From: a virus
Lineage: Duplodnaviria; Heunggongvirae; Uroviricota; Caudoviricetes
Direction: 5' to 3' (one strand)
DNA: 44,347 nucleotides
IMG/VR virus record: IMGVR_UViG_2627853983_000003
In this document: positions 33,922 to 44,300 of the stretch, one piece after another
How the letters are laid out: the number at the start of each line of letters is the position of its first letter
Position numbering within the stretch: position 1 is the stretch's first letter
Program-made: the position numbers and the translations under genes
The notes under the pieces: model-generated
What the model was told of the DNA's origin: nothing
Database searches by the model: none
Seen by the model: the letters and a program-made list of their open reading frames with translations, nothing else

Positions 33922-34638
33922 ATGTCTGCTTTGTATGAACGCTCACAGCTGACGCAGGTGATGATTTCATCTGCCCCGGCGACTGCTGAAACTATGGATA
34001 AGGCGGAATATCTGCGCCTGGACTGCACCATCAAGGAAGTCCAGTTCACCGCTGGTCAGAAACAGGATATTGATGTGACCACGCTCTGCTCCACCGAGCA
34101 GGAGAACATCAACGGTCTGGGGGCGTCGTCTGAGATTTCCATGTCGGGTAATTTTTATCTGAATCAGGCCCAGAACGCCCTGCGTGATGCCTATGACAAT
34201 GACGCGTTGTATGCGTTTAAGGTGCTGTTTCCGTCCGGTAAGGGCTTTAAGTTCCTGGCGGAAGTGCGTCAGCACACCTGGTCATCCGGTACCAACGGCG
34301 TGGTGGCAGCAACGTTTTCACTGCGTATGAAAGGCAAACCGGTGTCCTTTGTGGTACCGCTGGCGTTTGTGAAAAATCTGGATAAAACACTTACCGTGAA
34401 TACAGGTGCGCTGCTGACAATGTCAGTCAGTGCCAACGGGGGAACGCCGCCGTATAAATACGCCTGGAAGAAGGATGGTCAGCCGGTTGACGGGCAGACG
34501 ACAGACACCTTCAGTAAGCCAGGTGCGCAGTCCGCTGATGCGGGGAAATATACCTGCGTGGTGACCGATTCGGCAGAGAAAGCACAGAGTGTGACGTCTG
34601 TTGAATGCACCGTGACAGTGAGCGCAGCCGCCGGATAA
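33922..34638 (+). CDS. Major tail protein with C-terminal Ig-like domain
   Basis: Seen: AGGAGG Shine-Dalgarno; C-terminal ~90 aa (TVNTGALLTMSVSANGGTPPYKYAWKKDGQPVDGQTTDTFSKPGAQSADAGKYTCVVTD) resemble Big_2-type Ig domains common on major tail proteins. A hairpin plus T-run (CCCGCCGCGTGCGGGTTTTTT) lies upstream. Confidence 0.75.
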   Translation: MSALYERSQLTQVMISSAPATAETMDKAEYLRLDCTIKEVQFTAGQKQDIDVTTLCSTEQENINGLGASSEISMSGNFYLNQAQNALRDAYDNDALYAFKVLFPSGKGFKFLAEVRQHTWSSGTNGVVAATFSLRMKGKPVSFVVPLAFVKNLDKTLTVNTGALLTMSVSANGGTPPYKYAWKKDGQPVDGQTTDTFSKPGAQSADAGKYTCVVTDSAEKAQSVTSVECTVTVSAAAG

Positions 34639-34652
34639 GGGGATGGGTCATC

Positions 34653-35027
34653 ATGAAAAAGGATCTGAAAACGCTGGCGCTGGCCAGACTGTCAGGGTTT
34701 CGTCATAAAACGGTGAAGGTGCCGGAATGGGGTAATGTCAGCGTGGTGCTGCGGGAGCCTTCGGCAGAGGCCTGGTATCTGTGGCAGGAAGTGCTCAATG
34801 GTGATGGAGAGGATGACGATACCCTGTCGGTGGTGGCGAAAACCCGCCGTAACCTAGAAGCGGATGTGACGCTGTTCTGCGATGTCCTGTGTGATACGGA
34901 TCTGCAGCGGGTGTTCGCTCCGGACGACCGTGAGCAGGTGCTGGCCGTCTATGGTCCGGTACATGCCCGGTTGCTGCGTCAGGCACTGGAACTGATCGCT
35001 GATGCAGAGTCGGCCAGAAAAAAGTAG
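34653..35027 (+). CDS. Tail assembly chaperone G
   Basis: Seen: ATG at 34653 with AAGGGGA Shine-Dalgarno; ends at a TAG immediately after the slippery heptamer A AAA AAG; located between the major tail and tape-measure genes. Confidence 0.7.
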   Translation: MKKDLKTLALARLSGFRHKTVKVPEWGNVSVVLREPSAEAWYLWQEVLNGDGEDDDTLSVVAKTRRNLEADVTLFCDVLCDTDLQRVFAPDDREQVLAVYGPVHARLLRQALELIADAESARKK

Positions 35028-35332
35028 CCCGCCCGGAAATTCGCTTTCTGATGCGACTTGCGCTCCGTCTGGGGCGCACCTTATCCGAACTGCGGCACAG
35101 CCTGAGTGTGAGCGAGGCGATGATGTGGATGGAGTTCGACAGGGTATCCCCGCTGGGTGATGAGCGCGGGGATATCCGTAATGCACAGATCGTGAAAGCG
35201 GTTTTTGGGGCACAGGGGATGAATGTTGCACTGAAGGACGCCATGCTCTGCTGGGGCGAGGATGAGGATAAGCCGGAGGTGGATCCGTTTGCGGCGCTGG
35301 AAGACGCGCTGAGCTTCGCAGCACAGTCATGA
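35018..35332 (+). CDS. GT extension produced by programmed -1 frameshift at A AAA AAG (35018-35024)
   Basis: Seen: slippery heptamer A AAA AAG at the end of G; the -1 frame continues open to 35332 (ORF-track ORF 35051-35332 is in that frame). Established: the conserved G/GT frameshift of long-tailed phages. Confidence 0.6.
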   Translation, partial: KKVARPEIRFLMRLALRLGRTLSELRHSLSVSEAMMWMEFDRVSPLGDERGDIRNAQIVKAVFGAQGMNVALKDAMLCWGEDEDKPEVDPFAALEDALSFAAQS

Positions 35333-35379
35333 ATGATGAGAACCGCTGAGGCGGTTTTTTTACGCCCGGAGAAAGGTGA

Positions 35380-38300
35380 ATGGCGACGTTACGTGAACTG
35401 ATTATCAAAATTTCGGCAAATTCGCAGTCATTCCAGTCGGAGATCCAGCGGGCTTCCCGCATGGGCAGTGAATATTACCGGACCCTGCAGAATGGCGGGC
35501 GTCAGGCTGCCGCAGTCGCCCGGGTGCAGCGACGCGCCCTGGCTGAGCTGAACAGCCAGTTGACGGAAATCCGCGCTTCAGCTGCCGGAACGGCGGGGGC
35601 ATTTGCAGGTGCCTTTGCCACCGGACACCTGATTTCTCTGGCCGATGAATGGAGTTCCGTGAATGCCCGACTGAAACAGGCGTCGCAGTCATCCGATGAA
35701 TTTTCGTCATCACAGAAAGTGCTGATGGATATCAGCCAGCGGACGGGCACGGCATTTTCAGATAATGCGGCCCTGTTTGCCCGCTCGGCAGCCTCAATGC
35801 GTGAATATGGTTACAGTGCTGATGATGTGCTGAAGGTGACGGAGGCCATTTCCACGGGGCTGAAAATCTCCGGTGCCAGTACGGCAGAGGCGGGCTCGGT
35901 GATCACCCAGTTCAGCCAGGCGCTGGCACAGGGTGTGTTACGCGGTGAGGAATTTAATTCGGTCAATGAAAGCGGAGACCGGATCGTACGTGCACTGGCT
36001 GCGGGTATGGGCGTGGCCCGTAAAGACCTTAAGGCGATGGCGGACGACGGCAAACTGACGGCGGATAAAGTCGTTCCTGCGTTAATCAGCCAGCTGGGGG
36101 TATTGCGTGATGAATATGCCGCCATGCCGGAAACGGTCTCTGACGGGATCACAAAGGTGGAAAACGCCTTTATGGCCTGGGTGGGTGGCGCGAATGAAGC
36201 CAGCGGAGCGACGAAAACGCTCTCCGGCGTGCTGAACGGTGTTGCCGGTAATATTGATAATGTGGCAACAGCCGCGGGGGCGCTGGTTGCCGTCGGGGTT
36301 GCCCGGTACTTTGGCAATATGGCCTCCGGAGCGGTGTCTGCCACGGCAGGACTTGTGACGGCAGCACGTAATGAAGTGGCACTGGCGGAAGCACAGCTCA
36401 GGGGGACGCAGATTGCCACGGCGCGGGCAAGGGCAGCCGTGTACCGTGCACAGCAGGCTGTGGCGGCAGCCCGCGGGACGGAGATGCAGATTGCTGCAGA
36501 AGCCCGTCTGGCGGCCACACAGGAACGCCTGAACAGAAATATTGCTGCCAGAACCGCAGCCCAGAATGAGCTGAACAGTACAACGGCGGTGGGCTCACGT
36601 CTGATGACTGGTGCGTTGGGACTGGTTGGTGGCGTACCCGGACTGGTGATGCTGGGGGCAGCAGCATGGTATACGCTGTACCAGAATCAGGAGCAGGCCA
36701 GGGAGTCAGCGCGCCAGTATGCACTGACGATAGATGAAATCGCGCATAAAACGCCGTCAATGTCTTTGCCTGAAGCCTCAGATAATGAAGGACGAACACG
36801 GGCGGCGCTGGCAGAGCAGAACCGGCTGATTGATGAACAGGCCAGCCGGGTGAAATCCCTGCAGGAAAAAATCGCTGGATATCAGTATGTTCTGGCTAAC
36901 CCTGGCTGGACAACCGGTGACGGATTCATGATAAACCATCTGACATCGGTGAAGACCGTGACGGAAGGGCTTTCTCAGGCAACAGAGCAGCTTGCCGTTG
37001 AGCAGTCCCGTCTGGCACAGATGCAGGAAAAAGCGCAGTCCATTCAGGATGTGCTTGCCGGGCTGGAAGACCGTCGTGTGGCGTTAATTCGTCAGCAGGC
37101 GGCAGAGCAGAATAAGGTGTACCAGTCCATGCTGGTTATGAACGGTCAGCATACGGAATTCAACCGTCTGCTGGGGCTGGGGAATGAACTGCTTCAGCAG
37201 CGTCAGGGACTGGTGAATGTACCGTTACGGCTGCCGCAGGCCACCCTGGATGATAAACAGCAGAGCGCCCTGACAAAAACAGAACGTGAGCTGGCCCTGT
37301 CCCGACTGAAGGGGGAGGAAAAAGAGCGTGCCCGGCTGGGGTATGCGGCGGATGACCTTGGTTTTGTGGGGGATTCGTATCAGGAGGCGAGACAGCGTTA
37401 TATCAGTAATGCTCTGGAAGCCTGGCGTAATAACGAGGCGAACAAACCTAAATCCCGGGGTGGAAAATCAGAGACGGAAAAAGCGGAAGACAGTTTTTCC
37501 CGGCTACTGAAGCAGCAGAAAGAGCAACTGGCACTGGCGGGTCAGAATACAGAGCTGGCGAAGCTGAAGTACCAGACTGCGCAGGGCGAACTGAAAACCC
37601 TGACGGAGATGCAGAAGCAGGAACTGCTGCGTAACGCGGCCCTGATTGACCAGCAAAAAATCCGGGAACAGTTGCGATCCCGGGAAGAGACCCTGAAGAA
37701 TGATAATGTGGCTGCGCGTGCATCAAATGAAGCCGAACTGCTGGGATACGGGCAGGGAGAACGAGCCAGGGAACGCATGCGGGAGTTGCAGCAGATCCGT
37801 GACAGCTTCCGCCAGAAGGATGCGGACCTTCAGTCTCAGTATCAGACCGGGGATATCAGTGAGGATTTTTACAGACAGGCACGGGCACAGAACGCGCAGT
37901 ATCTGAGCGAACGCCTTAAGGACCAGGCAGCCTTTTATGCCGAATCGGATGCGCAGCGTGCGGACTGGCAGAAAGGCTTGCAGGAGGGGCTCAGTAACTG
38001 GGTGGACAATGCATCCGATTACGCCTCACAGGCAGCACAGCTTGCGACGGAGGGTATCTCAGGGATGGTGAATAACATCACGGAGATGCTGAACGGAAAC
38101 AAAGTGGAATGGCGCAACTGGGCCTCATCCGTACTGCAGGAAATCTCAAAAGTTCTTATGAATGCTGCGATTGTCAACGGAATTAAGACGGCGGCAAACG
38201 GTATGTCCGGTGCGGGAGGATTTATTGGCAGCATTGGTGACTGGCTGGGCGGTGCGGTGGCCAATGCAAAAGGCGGCGTGTATACCTCGGCAAACCTGAG

Positions 38301-38622
38301 TGCGTACAGCAACAGCATTGTGGACACGCCCACGTACTTTGCGTTTGCAAAAGGGGCCGGGCTGATGGGGGAAGCCGGACCTGAAGCCATTATGCCCCTG
38401 ACCCGGGCGGCGGATGGCTCGCTGGGCGTACGCGCGGTGGGCAGTATGAACGGCAGTGCCGGTCTGGTGTATTCCCCGGTCTACCACATCGCCATTCAGA
38501 ATGACGGGGCTAACGGACAGATAGGGGCGGAGGCGGCAGGCAGTCTTGTGCAGCTGATTGACCAGCGGGTGCAGGCGGTGATGCTGTCCATGCGACGTGA
38601 CGGAGGAATGCTGAGTGGCTGA
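35380..38622 (+). CDS. Tail tape-measure protein
   Basis: Seen: 1080 aa, Ala/Gln-rich coiled-coil-like composition, located after G/GT and before gpM-like. Confidence 0.9.
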   Translation: MATLRELIIKISANSQSFQSEIQRASRMGSEYYRTLQNGGRQAAAVARVQRRALAELNSQLTEIRASAAGTAGAFAGAFATGHLISLADEWSSVNARLKQASQSSDEFSSSQKVLMDISQRTGTAFSDNAALFARSAASMREYGYSADDVLKVTEAISTGLKISGASTAEAGSVITQFSQALAQGVLRGEEFNSVNESGDRIVRALAAGMGVARKDLKAMADDGKLTADKVVPALISQLGVLRDEYAAMPETVSDGITKVENAFMAWVGGANEASGATKTLSGVLNGVAGNIDNVATAAGALVAVGVARYFGNMASGAVSATAGLVTAARNEVALAEAQLRGTQIATARARAAVYRAQQAVAAARGTEMQIAAEARLAATQERLNRNIAARTAAQNELNSTTAVGSRLMTGALGLVGGVPGLVMLGAAAWYTLYQNQEQARESARQYALTIDEIAHKTPSMSLPEASDNEGRTRAALAEQNRLIDEQASRVKSLQEKIAGYQYVLANPGWTTGDGFMINHLTSVKTVTEGLSQATEQLAVEQSRLAQMQEKAQSIQDVLAGLEDRRVALIRQQAAEQNKVYQSMLVMNGQHTEFNRLLGLGNELLQQRQGLVNVPLRLPQATLDDKQQSALTKTERELALSRLKGEEKERARLGYAADDLGFVGDSYQEARQRYISNALEAWRNNEANKPKSRGGKSETEKAEDSFSRLLKQQKEQLALAGQNTELAKLKYQTAQGELKTLTEMQKQELLRNAALIDQQKIREQLRSREETLKNDNVAARASNEAELLGYGQGERARERMRELQQIRDSFRQKDADLQSQYQTGDISEDFYRQARAQNAQYLSERLKDQAAFYAESDAQRADWQKGLQEGLSNWVDNASDYASQAAQLATEGISGMVNNITEMLNGNKVEWRNWASSVLQEISKVLMNAAIVNGIKTAANGMSGAGGFIGSIGDWLGGAVANAKGGVYTSANLSAYSNSIVDTPTYFAFAKGAGLMGEAGPEAIMPLTRAADGSLGVRAVGSMNGSAGLVYSPVYHIAIQNDGANGQIGAEAAGSLVQLIDQRVQAVMLSMRRDGGMLSG

Positions 38623-38956
38623 GATAAAAACGCTGCATCTGGTCCCGCGTGAAGGGATGCAGGTGAGTGAGAAACCGTCGGTGGTGAGGGTTCGGTTTGG
38701 TGACGGTTATGAACAGCGCCGACCGACGGGACTTAATGCCAGACTGAAGACGTTTCAGGCGGTGTTCCGGGTGACGGATGAACCAACCCGGCGCTGGCTG
38801 GATGAATTTTTATCGTGGCATGGTGGTTACCGTGCCTTTTTGTGGCGACCGCCGAAACATAACCTGACGGTGAGGGTGGTGTGCCGGGAGTGGAGCGTCA
38901 CAGATAACGCCAGGCACAGTGATTTCAGTTGTACGATTGAGCAGGTGGTGAACTGA
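38615..38956 (+). CDS. Minor tail protein M
   Basis: Seen: RVRFGDGYEQRRPTGLNARLKTF...FLWRPPKHNLTVRVVCREWS aligns with my recollection of lambda gpM (RKVRFGDGYSQRAPAGLNANLKTY...). Confidence 0.85.
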   Translation: MAEIKTLHLVPREGMQVSEKPSVVRVRFGDGYEQRRPTGLNARLKTFQAVFRVTDEPTRRWLDEFLSWHGGYRAFLWRPPKHNLTVRVVCREWSVTDNARHSDFSCTIEQVVN

Positions 38957-39654
38957 TGCAGGATATTCGCGAAGAAAGTCTGAACGAGTCGGTTAAGTCA
39001 GAGCAGTCACCGCGGGTGGTACTCTGGGAAATCGACCTGACGGTACAGGGCGGTGAGCGGTATTTTTTCTGTAATGAGCTGAATGAAAAAGGGGAGCCGG
39101 TCACCTGGCAGGGGCGGCAATATCAGGCATACCCGATTGACGGCAGCGGTTTTGAGATGAGCGGGAAGGGCAGCAGTGCCAGACCGTCGCTGACGGTGTC
39201 CAATCTGTTCGGTCTGGTCACCGGGATGGCGGAAGACCTGCAGAGTCTGGTGGGGGCCACGGTGGTCCGCCGCCGGGTGTATGCCCGTTTTCTGGATGCG
39301 GTGAATTTCGTTGCGGGCAATCCGGAGGCGGACCCGGAGCAGGAGCTGAGTGACCGCTGGGTGGTGGAGCAGATGTCGCAGCTGACAGCCATGACGGCCT
39401 CGTTTGTGCTGGCTACACCGACCGAGACGGATGGGGCGCTGTTTCCCGGTCGCATCATGCTGGCGAACACCTGTATGTGGGATTACCGGGGAGATGAATG
39501 CGGGTATAACGGTCCTGCGGTGGCGGATGAGTTCGACAACCCCACCACGGATATCCGTAAGGACAGATGCAGCAAGTGCATGCGCGGGTGTGAACTGCGC
39601 AGGAATGTCGGCAATTTTGGCGGTTTCCTTTCCATTAATAAACTTTCGCAGTAA
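38956..39654 (+). CDS. Minor tail protein L
   Basis: Seen: 232 aa following M with ATGA overlap; C-terminal Cys cluster (CMWDYRGDECGYNG...CSKCMRGCELR) as in lambda gpL. Confidence 0.85.
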   Translation: MQDIREESLNESVKSEQSPRVVLWEIDLTVQGGERYFFCNELNEKGEPVTWQGRQYQAYPIDGSGFEMSGKGSSARPSLTVSNLFGLVTGMAEDLQSLVGATVVRRRVYARFLDAVNFVAGNPEADPEQELSDRWVVEQMSQLTAMTASFVLATPTETDGALFPGRIMLANTCMWDYRGDECGYNGPAVADEFDNPTTDIRKDRCSKCMRGCELRRNVGNFGGFLSINKLSQ

Positions 39655-39664
39655 ATCCCGGTTT

Positions 39665-40408
39665 ATGACACAGACTGAATCAGCGATTCTGGCGCATGCC
39701 CGGCGGTGTGCGCCTGCGGAGTCGTGCGGCTTCGTGATAAGCACGTCGGAGGGGGAGTGGTATATCCCTTGTGTGAATATTTCTGCAGAGCCGGAGGCGT
39801 ATTTTCGTATCGCACCGGAAGACTGGCTGCGGGCAGAGATGCAGGGGGAGATTGTGGCACTGGTCCACAGTCATCCCGGTGGGCTGCCCTGGCTGAGCGA
39901 GGCTGACCGGCGGCTGCAGATAAAAAGCGCACTGCCCTGGTGGCTGGTCTGCCGGGGTGACATTCACAAATTCCGCTGTGTGCCACATCTGACAGGACGG
40001 CGCTTTGAGCACGGGGTGACGGACTGTTACACGCTGTTCCGGGATGCTTATCATCTGGCGGGGACTGAAATGCCGGATTTTCATCGCGAGGATGACTGGT
40101 GGCGCAACGGTCAGAACCTTTACCTGGACAATATGGCGGTCACCGGCTTTTACCGGGTGCCCCTGTCCTCTGCACAGGCGGGCGATATTCTGCTGTGCTG
40201 CTTTGGTGCTTCGGTACCGAACCATGCCGCCATTTACTGCGGCAACGGTGAGCTGCTTCACCATCTGCCTGAACAACTGAGTAAACGGGAGAGGTATTCC
40301 GAAAAATGGCAACGACGAACGCATTCTGTCTGGCGTCACCGCCACTGGCACGCATCTGCCTTCACGGGGATTTACAACGATTTGGCCGCCGCCTCAGCCT
40401 GTATGTGA
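39665..40408 (+). CDS. Tail assembly protein K (MPN/JAB plus NlpC/P60-like domains)
   Basis: Seen: MTQTESAILAHARRCAPAESCGFV...HSHPGG (JAB-like) and a C-terminal Cys/His region; the ORF-track start at 39404 is an upstream in-frame extension overlapping L. Confidence 0.85.
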   Translation: MTQTESAILAHARRCAPAESCGFVISTSEGEWYIPCVNISAEPEAYFRIAPEDWLRAEMQGEIVALVHSHPGGLPWLSEADRRLQIKSALPWWLVCRGDIHKFRCVPHLTGRRFEHGVTDCYTLFRDAYHLAGTEMPDFHREDDWWRNGQNLYLDNMAVTGFYRVPLSSAQAGDILLCCFGASVPNHAAIYCGNGELLHHLPEQLSKRERYSEKWQRRTHSVWRHRHWHASAFTGIYNDLAAASACM

Positions 40409-40986
40409 ACACGGCAGCGGAAGCCATCCGGGCGCTGTCGTTACAGGTGCCGGGCTTTCGCCGTCAGATGAACGAAGGCTGGTACCAGATACGTATTGCC
40501 GGTTATGACACGGCACCGGAGGCGGTGTACGCCCGTCTTCACGAACAGCTGGGTGAGGGAACGGTCATCCATATTGTGCCGCGACTGGCCGGGGCCGGAA
40601 AGGGTGGACTGCAGATTGTGCTGGGGGCGGCAGCCATCGTGGGCTCTTTCTTCACTGCCGGGGCATCAATGGCGTTATGGGGTTCAGCCCTGGCAGCCGG
40701 TGGTTTTTCTGCCACCACGATGCTGTTTTCACTTGGAGCCAGCATGATTCTGGGCGGTGTGGCCCAGATGCTGGCCCCGAAGGCAAAAACACCGGATTAC
40801 CGCGCAACGGATAACGGCAGACAGAACACGTACTTTTCCTCGCTGGATAACATGATTGCCCAGGGGAACCCGATGCCGGTGCCTTACGGGGAAATGCTGG
40901 TTGGCTCCCGCCGTATATCCCAGGACATCAGCACCCGTGATGAAGGCGGGGGCGGAACGGTCGTGGTTATCGGGCGACAGGGATAA
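40306..40986 (+). CDS. Tail assembly protein I
   Basis: Seen: 226 aa with ubiquitin-like N-terminus and Gly/Ala-rich hydrophobic C-terminus, typical of lambda gpI; overlaps the K 3' end. Confidence 0.85.
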   Translation: MATTNAFCLASPPLARICLHGDLQRFGRRLSLYVNTAAEAIRALSLQVPGFRRQMNEGWYQIRIAGYDTAPEAVYARLHEQLGEGTVIHIVPRLAGAGKGGLQIVLGAAAIVGSFFTAGASMALWGSALAAGGFSATTMLFSLGASMILGGVAQMLAPKAKTPDYRATDNGRQNTYFSSLDNMIAQGNPMPVPYGEMLVGSRRISQDISTRDEGGGGTVVVIGRQG

Positions 40987-40990
40987 AACA

Positions 40991-41024
40991 TAAAAAAATC
41001 CCGCAGTGATCGCGGAGCTGCGGG
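40991..41024 (-). terminator. Intrinsic terminator (minus strand) in the I-J intergenic insert
   Basis: Seen: minus strand reads CCCGCAG-cuccgcgauca-CUGCGGG followed by AUUUUUUU. Confidence 0.55.
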
Positions 41025-41098
41025 GACAGACAAATGAAGATCAATGTTAAGGAGTTGTTTTTGTTACTCGGGCAAAAAAACACTAACGCAGCGAAATT
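40992..41098 (-). ncRNA. Candidate small RNA (about 105 nt) with its own promoter and terminator, between tail genes I and J
   Basis: Seen: minus-strand near-consensus promoter TTCACA-16-TATAAT (-10 at about 41105-41110) and an intrinsic terminator ending near 40992, with no SD-preceded ORF between. The transcript contains GUAACAAAAACAACUCC. All inference from sequence. Confidence 0.35.
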
Positions 41099-41195
41099 AT
41101 AAGCGCCACAGTCAGTGTGTGAAAATGTGAAGATATTCAGAATTTTTATGCCATTACCGGTTTTAACCAACAGGATTATCGGTGGGCATGAAAGA

Positions 41196-41231
41196 AAACC
41201 CCGGTATCTGCTGATACCGGGGTTTCTCTTT
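41196..41231. terminator. Bidirectional stem-loop (10-bp perfect stem) flanked by A-run and T-run, upstream of J
   Basis: Seen: AAA-CCCCGGTATC-tgct-GATACCGGGG-TTTCTCTTT. Confidence 0.5.
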
Positions 41232-41328
41232 AGCATGGCAGAAATGTGTTTCATGCTTTTCGGGCGAAGGATATCCGACTTCTGTACGGAATGGCAAGTG
41301 GCGGTTAATTTATTCAGGGGAAGGCTGT

Positions 41329-44300
41329 ATGGGAAAAGGTGGCGGTAAGGCACACACGCCTCGTGAGGCGAAGGATAATCTCAAATCCACGCAGATGATG
41401 AGCGTGATTGATGCGATTGGTGAGGGACCGATAGAAGGTCCGGTGAAGGGACTGCAGAGTATTCTGGTGAACAAAACCCCACTGACGGACACGGACGGCA
41501 ATCCCGTGATACACGGTGTGACGGCGGTCTGGCGCGCCGGGGAGCAGGAGCAGACACCACCGGAAGGCTTTGAGTCCTCCGGAGCTGAAACCGGACTGGG
41601 CGTGGAAGTGACGAAGGCAAAACCGGTGACGCGCACCATTACGTCCGCGAACATTGACCGCCTGCGGGTTACCTTCGGGGTGCAGTCACTGGTGGAGACC
41701 ACCTCAAAGGGTGACCGTAACCCGGCATCCGTCCGCCTGCTGATTCAGTTACAGCGTAACGGTAACTGGGTGACAGAAAAGGACGTCACCATTAACGGCA
41801 AGACCACCTCACAGTTCCTGGCCTCGGTGATTCTGGATAATCTGCCTCCCCGGCCCTTTAACATCCGGATGGTCAGGGAGACGGCGGACAGCACCACGGA
41901 CCAGCTGCAGAATAAGACGCTGTGGTCGTCATACACCGAAATCATCGATGTGAAACAGTGCTACCCGAACACGGCCATTGTGGGGCTGCAGGTGGATGCG
42001 GAGCAGTTCGGCGGCCAGCAGATGACGGTGAACTACCATATCCGCGGTCGCATCATCCAGGTGCCGTCAAACTATGACCCGGAAAAACGCACGTATAGTG
42101 GTATCTGGGACGGCAGTCTGAAACCGGCATACAGCAACAACCCGGCCTGGTGTCTGTGGGACATGCTGACTCACCCGCGCTACGGCATGGGAAAACGTCT
42201 GGGGGCGGCGGATGTGGACAAGTGGGCGCTGTATGCCATCGGGCAGTACTGCGACCAGACGGTCCCGGATGGTTTCGGGGGGACCGAGCCGCGGATGACC
42301 TTTAATGCGTACCTGGCACAACAGCGTAAGGCGTGGGACGTTCTCAGTGATTTCTGCTCTGCGATGCGCTGTATGCCGGTATGGAACGGTCAGACGCTGA
42401 CGTTCGTTCAGGACCGCCCGTCGGATGTGGTGTGGCCGTACACCAACAGCGATGTGGTGGTGGATGATAACGGCGTGGGATTCCGCTACAGCTTCAGTGC
42501 CCTGAAGGACCGGCACACGGCGGTGGAGGTGAATTACACCGACCCGCAGAACGGCTGGCAGACCTCCACGGAACTGGTGGAAGACCCGGAAGCCATACTG
42601 CGCTACGGACGCAACCTGCTGAAGATGGACGCGTTCGGCTGTACCAGCCGCGGTCAGGCCCACCGTGCCGGACTGTGGGTGATAAAGACCGAACTGCTGG
42701 AAACGCAGACGGTGGATTTCACGCTCGGGTCTCAGGGGCTGCGGCACACACCCGGTGACATTATTGAAATCTGTGATAATGACTATGCCGGGACCCTGAC
42801 CGGCGGACGTGTCCTGTCCATTGATGCTGCCACCCGCACCCTGACGCTGGACCGTGAGGTTACCCTGCCGGAGACAGGTACATCGGCGGTGAACCTGATT
42901 AACGGCAGCGGTAAGCCGGTGAGTGTGGACATCACCGCACACCCCGCGCCGGACCGGATACAGGTCAGTACCCTGCCTGATGGTGTGGAGACATACGGGG
43001 TGTGGGGACTCTCCCTGCCGTCACTGCGCCGTCGCCTGTTCCGCTGTGTCTCCATCCGGGAAAACACGGACGGCACCTTTGCCATCACGGCGGTGCAGCA
43101 CGTACCGGAAAAAGAAGCCATCGTGGATAACGGTGCCCGCTTTGAGCCGCAGTCAGGTTCCCTGAACAGCGTCATCCCACCGGCAGTGCAGCACCTGACG
43201 GTGGAGGTGAGCGCAGCTGACGGCCAGTATCTGGCGCAGGCGAAATGGGACACGCCGCGGGTGGTGAAGGGTGTGCGCTTCAGTCTGCGCCTGACCAGTG
43301 GTAAGGGAACGGATGCCAGACTGGTGACCACCGCCATCACCGCAGACACGGAGCACCGTTTCAGCGGCCTGCCGCTCGGGGAATACACCCTGACGGTGCG
43401 GGCGATAAACAGCTATGGCCAGCAGGGTGAACCTGCCACCACCACCTTCCGGATTGCCGCACCGGCAGCACCGTCGCGGATTGAGCTGACGCCGGGCTAT
43501 TTTCAGATAACCGCAACGCCACATCTTGCCGTTTATGACCCGACGGTACAGTTTGAGTTCTGGTTCTCGGAAAAGCGGATTGCGGATATCAGGCAGGTTG
43601 AAGCCAGCGCGCGTTATCTTGGTACGGCGCTGTACTGGATAGCCGCCAGTATCAATATCAAACCGGGCCATGATTATTATTTTTACATTCGCAGTGTGAA
43701 CACCGTTGGCAAATCGGCATTTGTGGAGGCTGTTGGCCAGCCGAGTGATGATGCATCCGGCTATCTGGATTTTTTCAAAGGAGAGATAGGGAAAACCCAT
43801 CTGGCTCAGGAGTTGTGGACGCAGATTGATAACGGTCAGCTTGCGCCTGACCTGGCTGAAATCAGGACGTCCATTACGGATGTCAGCAATGAAATCACGC
43901 AGACCGTCAATAAGAAACTGGAAGACCAGAGTGCAGCGATCCAGCAGATACAGAAGGTTCAGGTTGATACAAATAATAACCTGAACAGCATGTGGGCTGT
44001 GAAGCTGCAGCAGATGCAGGACGGACGCCTTTATATCGCGGGTATTGGTGCCGGTATTGAGAATACCCCTGACGGTATGCAGAGTCAGGTGCTGCTGGCG
44101 GCGGACAGGATTGCGATGATTAATCCTGCGAATGGCAATACAAAGCCGATGTTTGTTGGGCAGGGCGATCAGATATTCATGAACGAAGTGTTCCTGAAAT
44201 ATCTGACGGCTCCCACCATTACCAGCGGTGGCAATCCCCCAACGTTTTCACTGACACCTGATGGTCGACTTTCTGCGAGAAATGCGGATATCAGCGGTAA

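Noticed and set aside
40967-41353. 128-aa minus-strand ORF and 77-aa plus-strand ORF (41115-41348) in the I-J intergenic region
   Set aside because: Both read through intrinsic-terminator hairpins, lack Shine-Dalgarno sequences and have odd composition; the region is better explained as non-coding (sRNA candidate and terminators).
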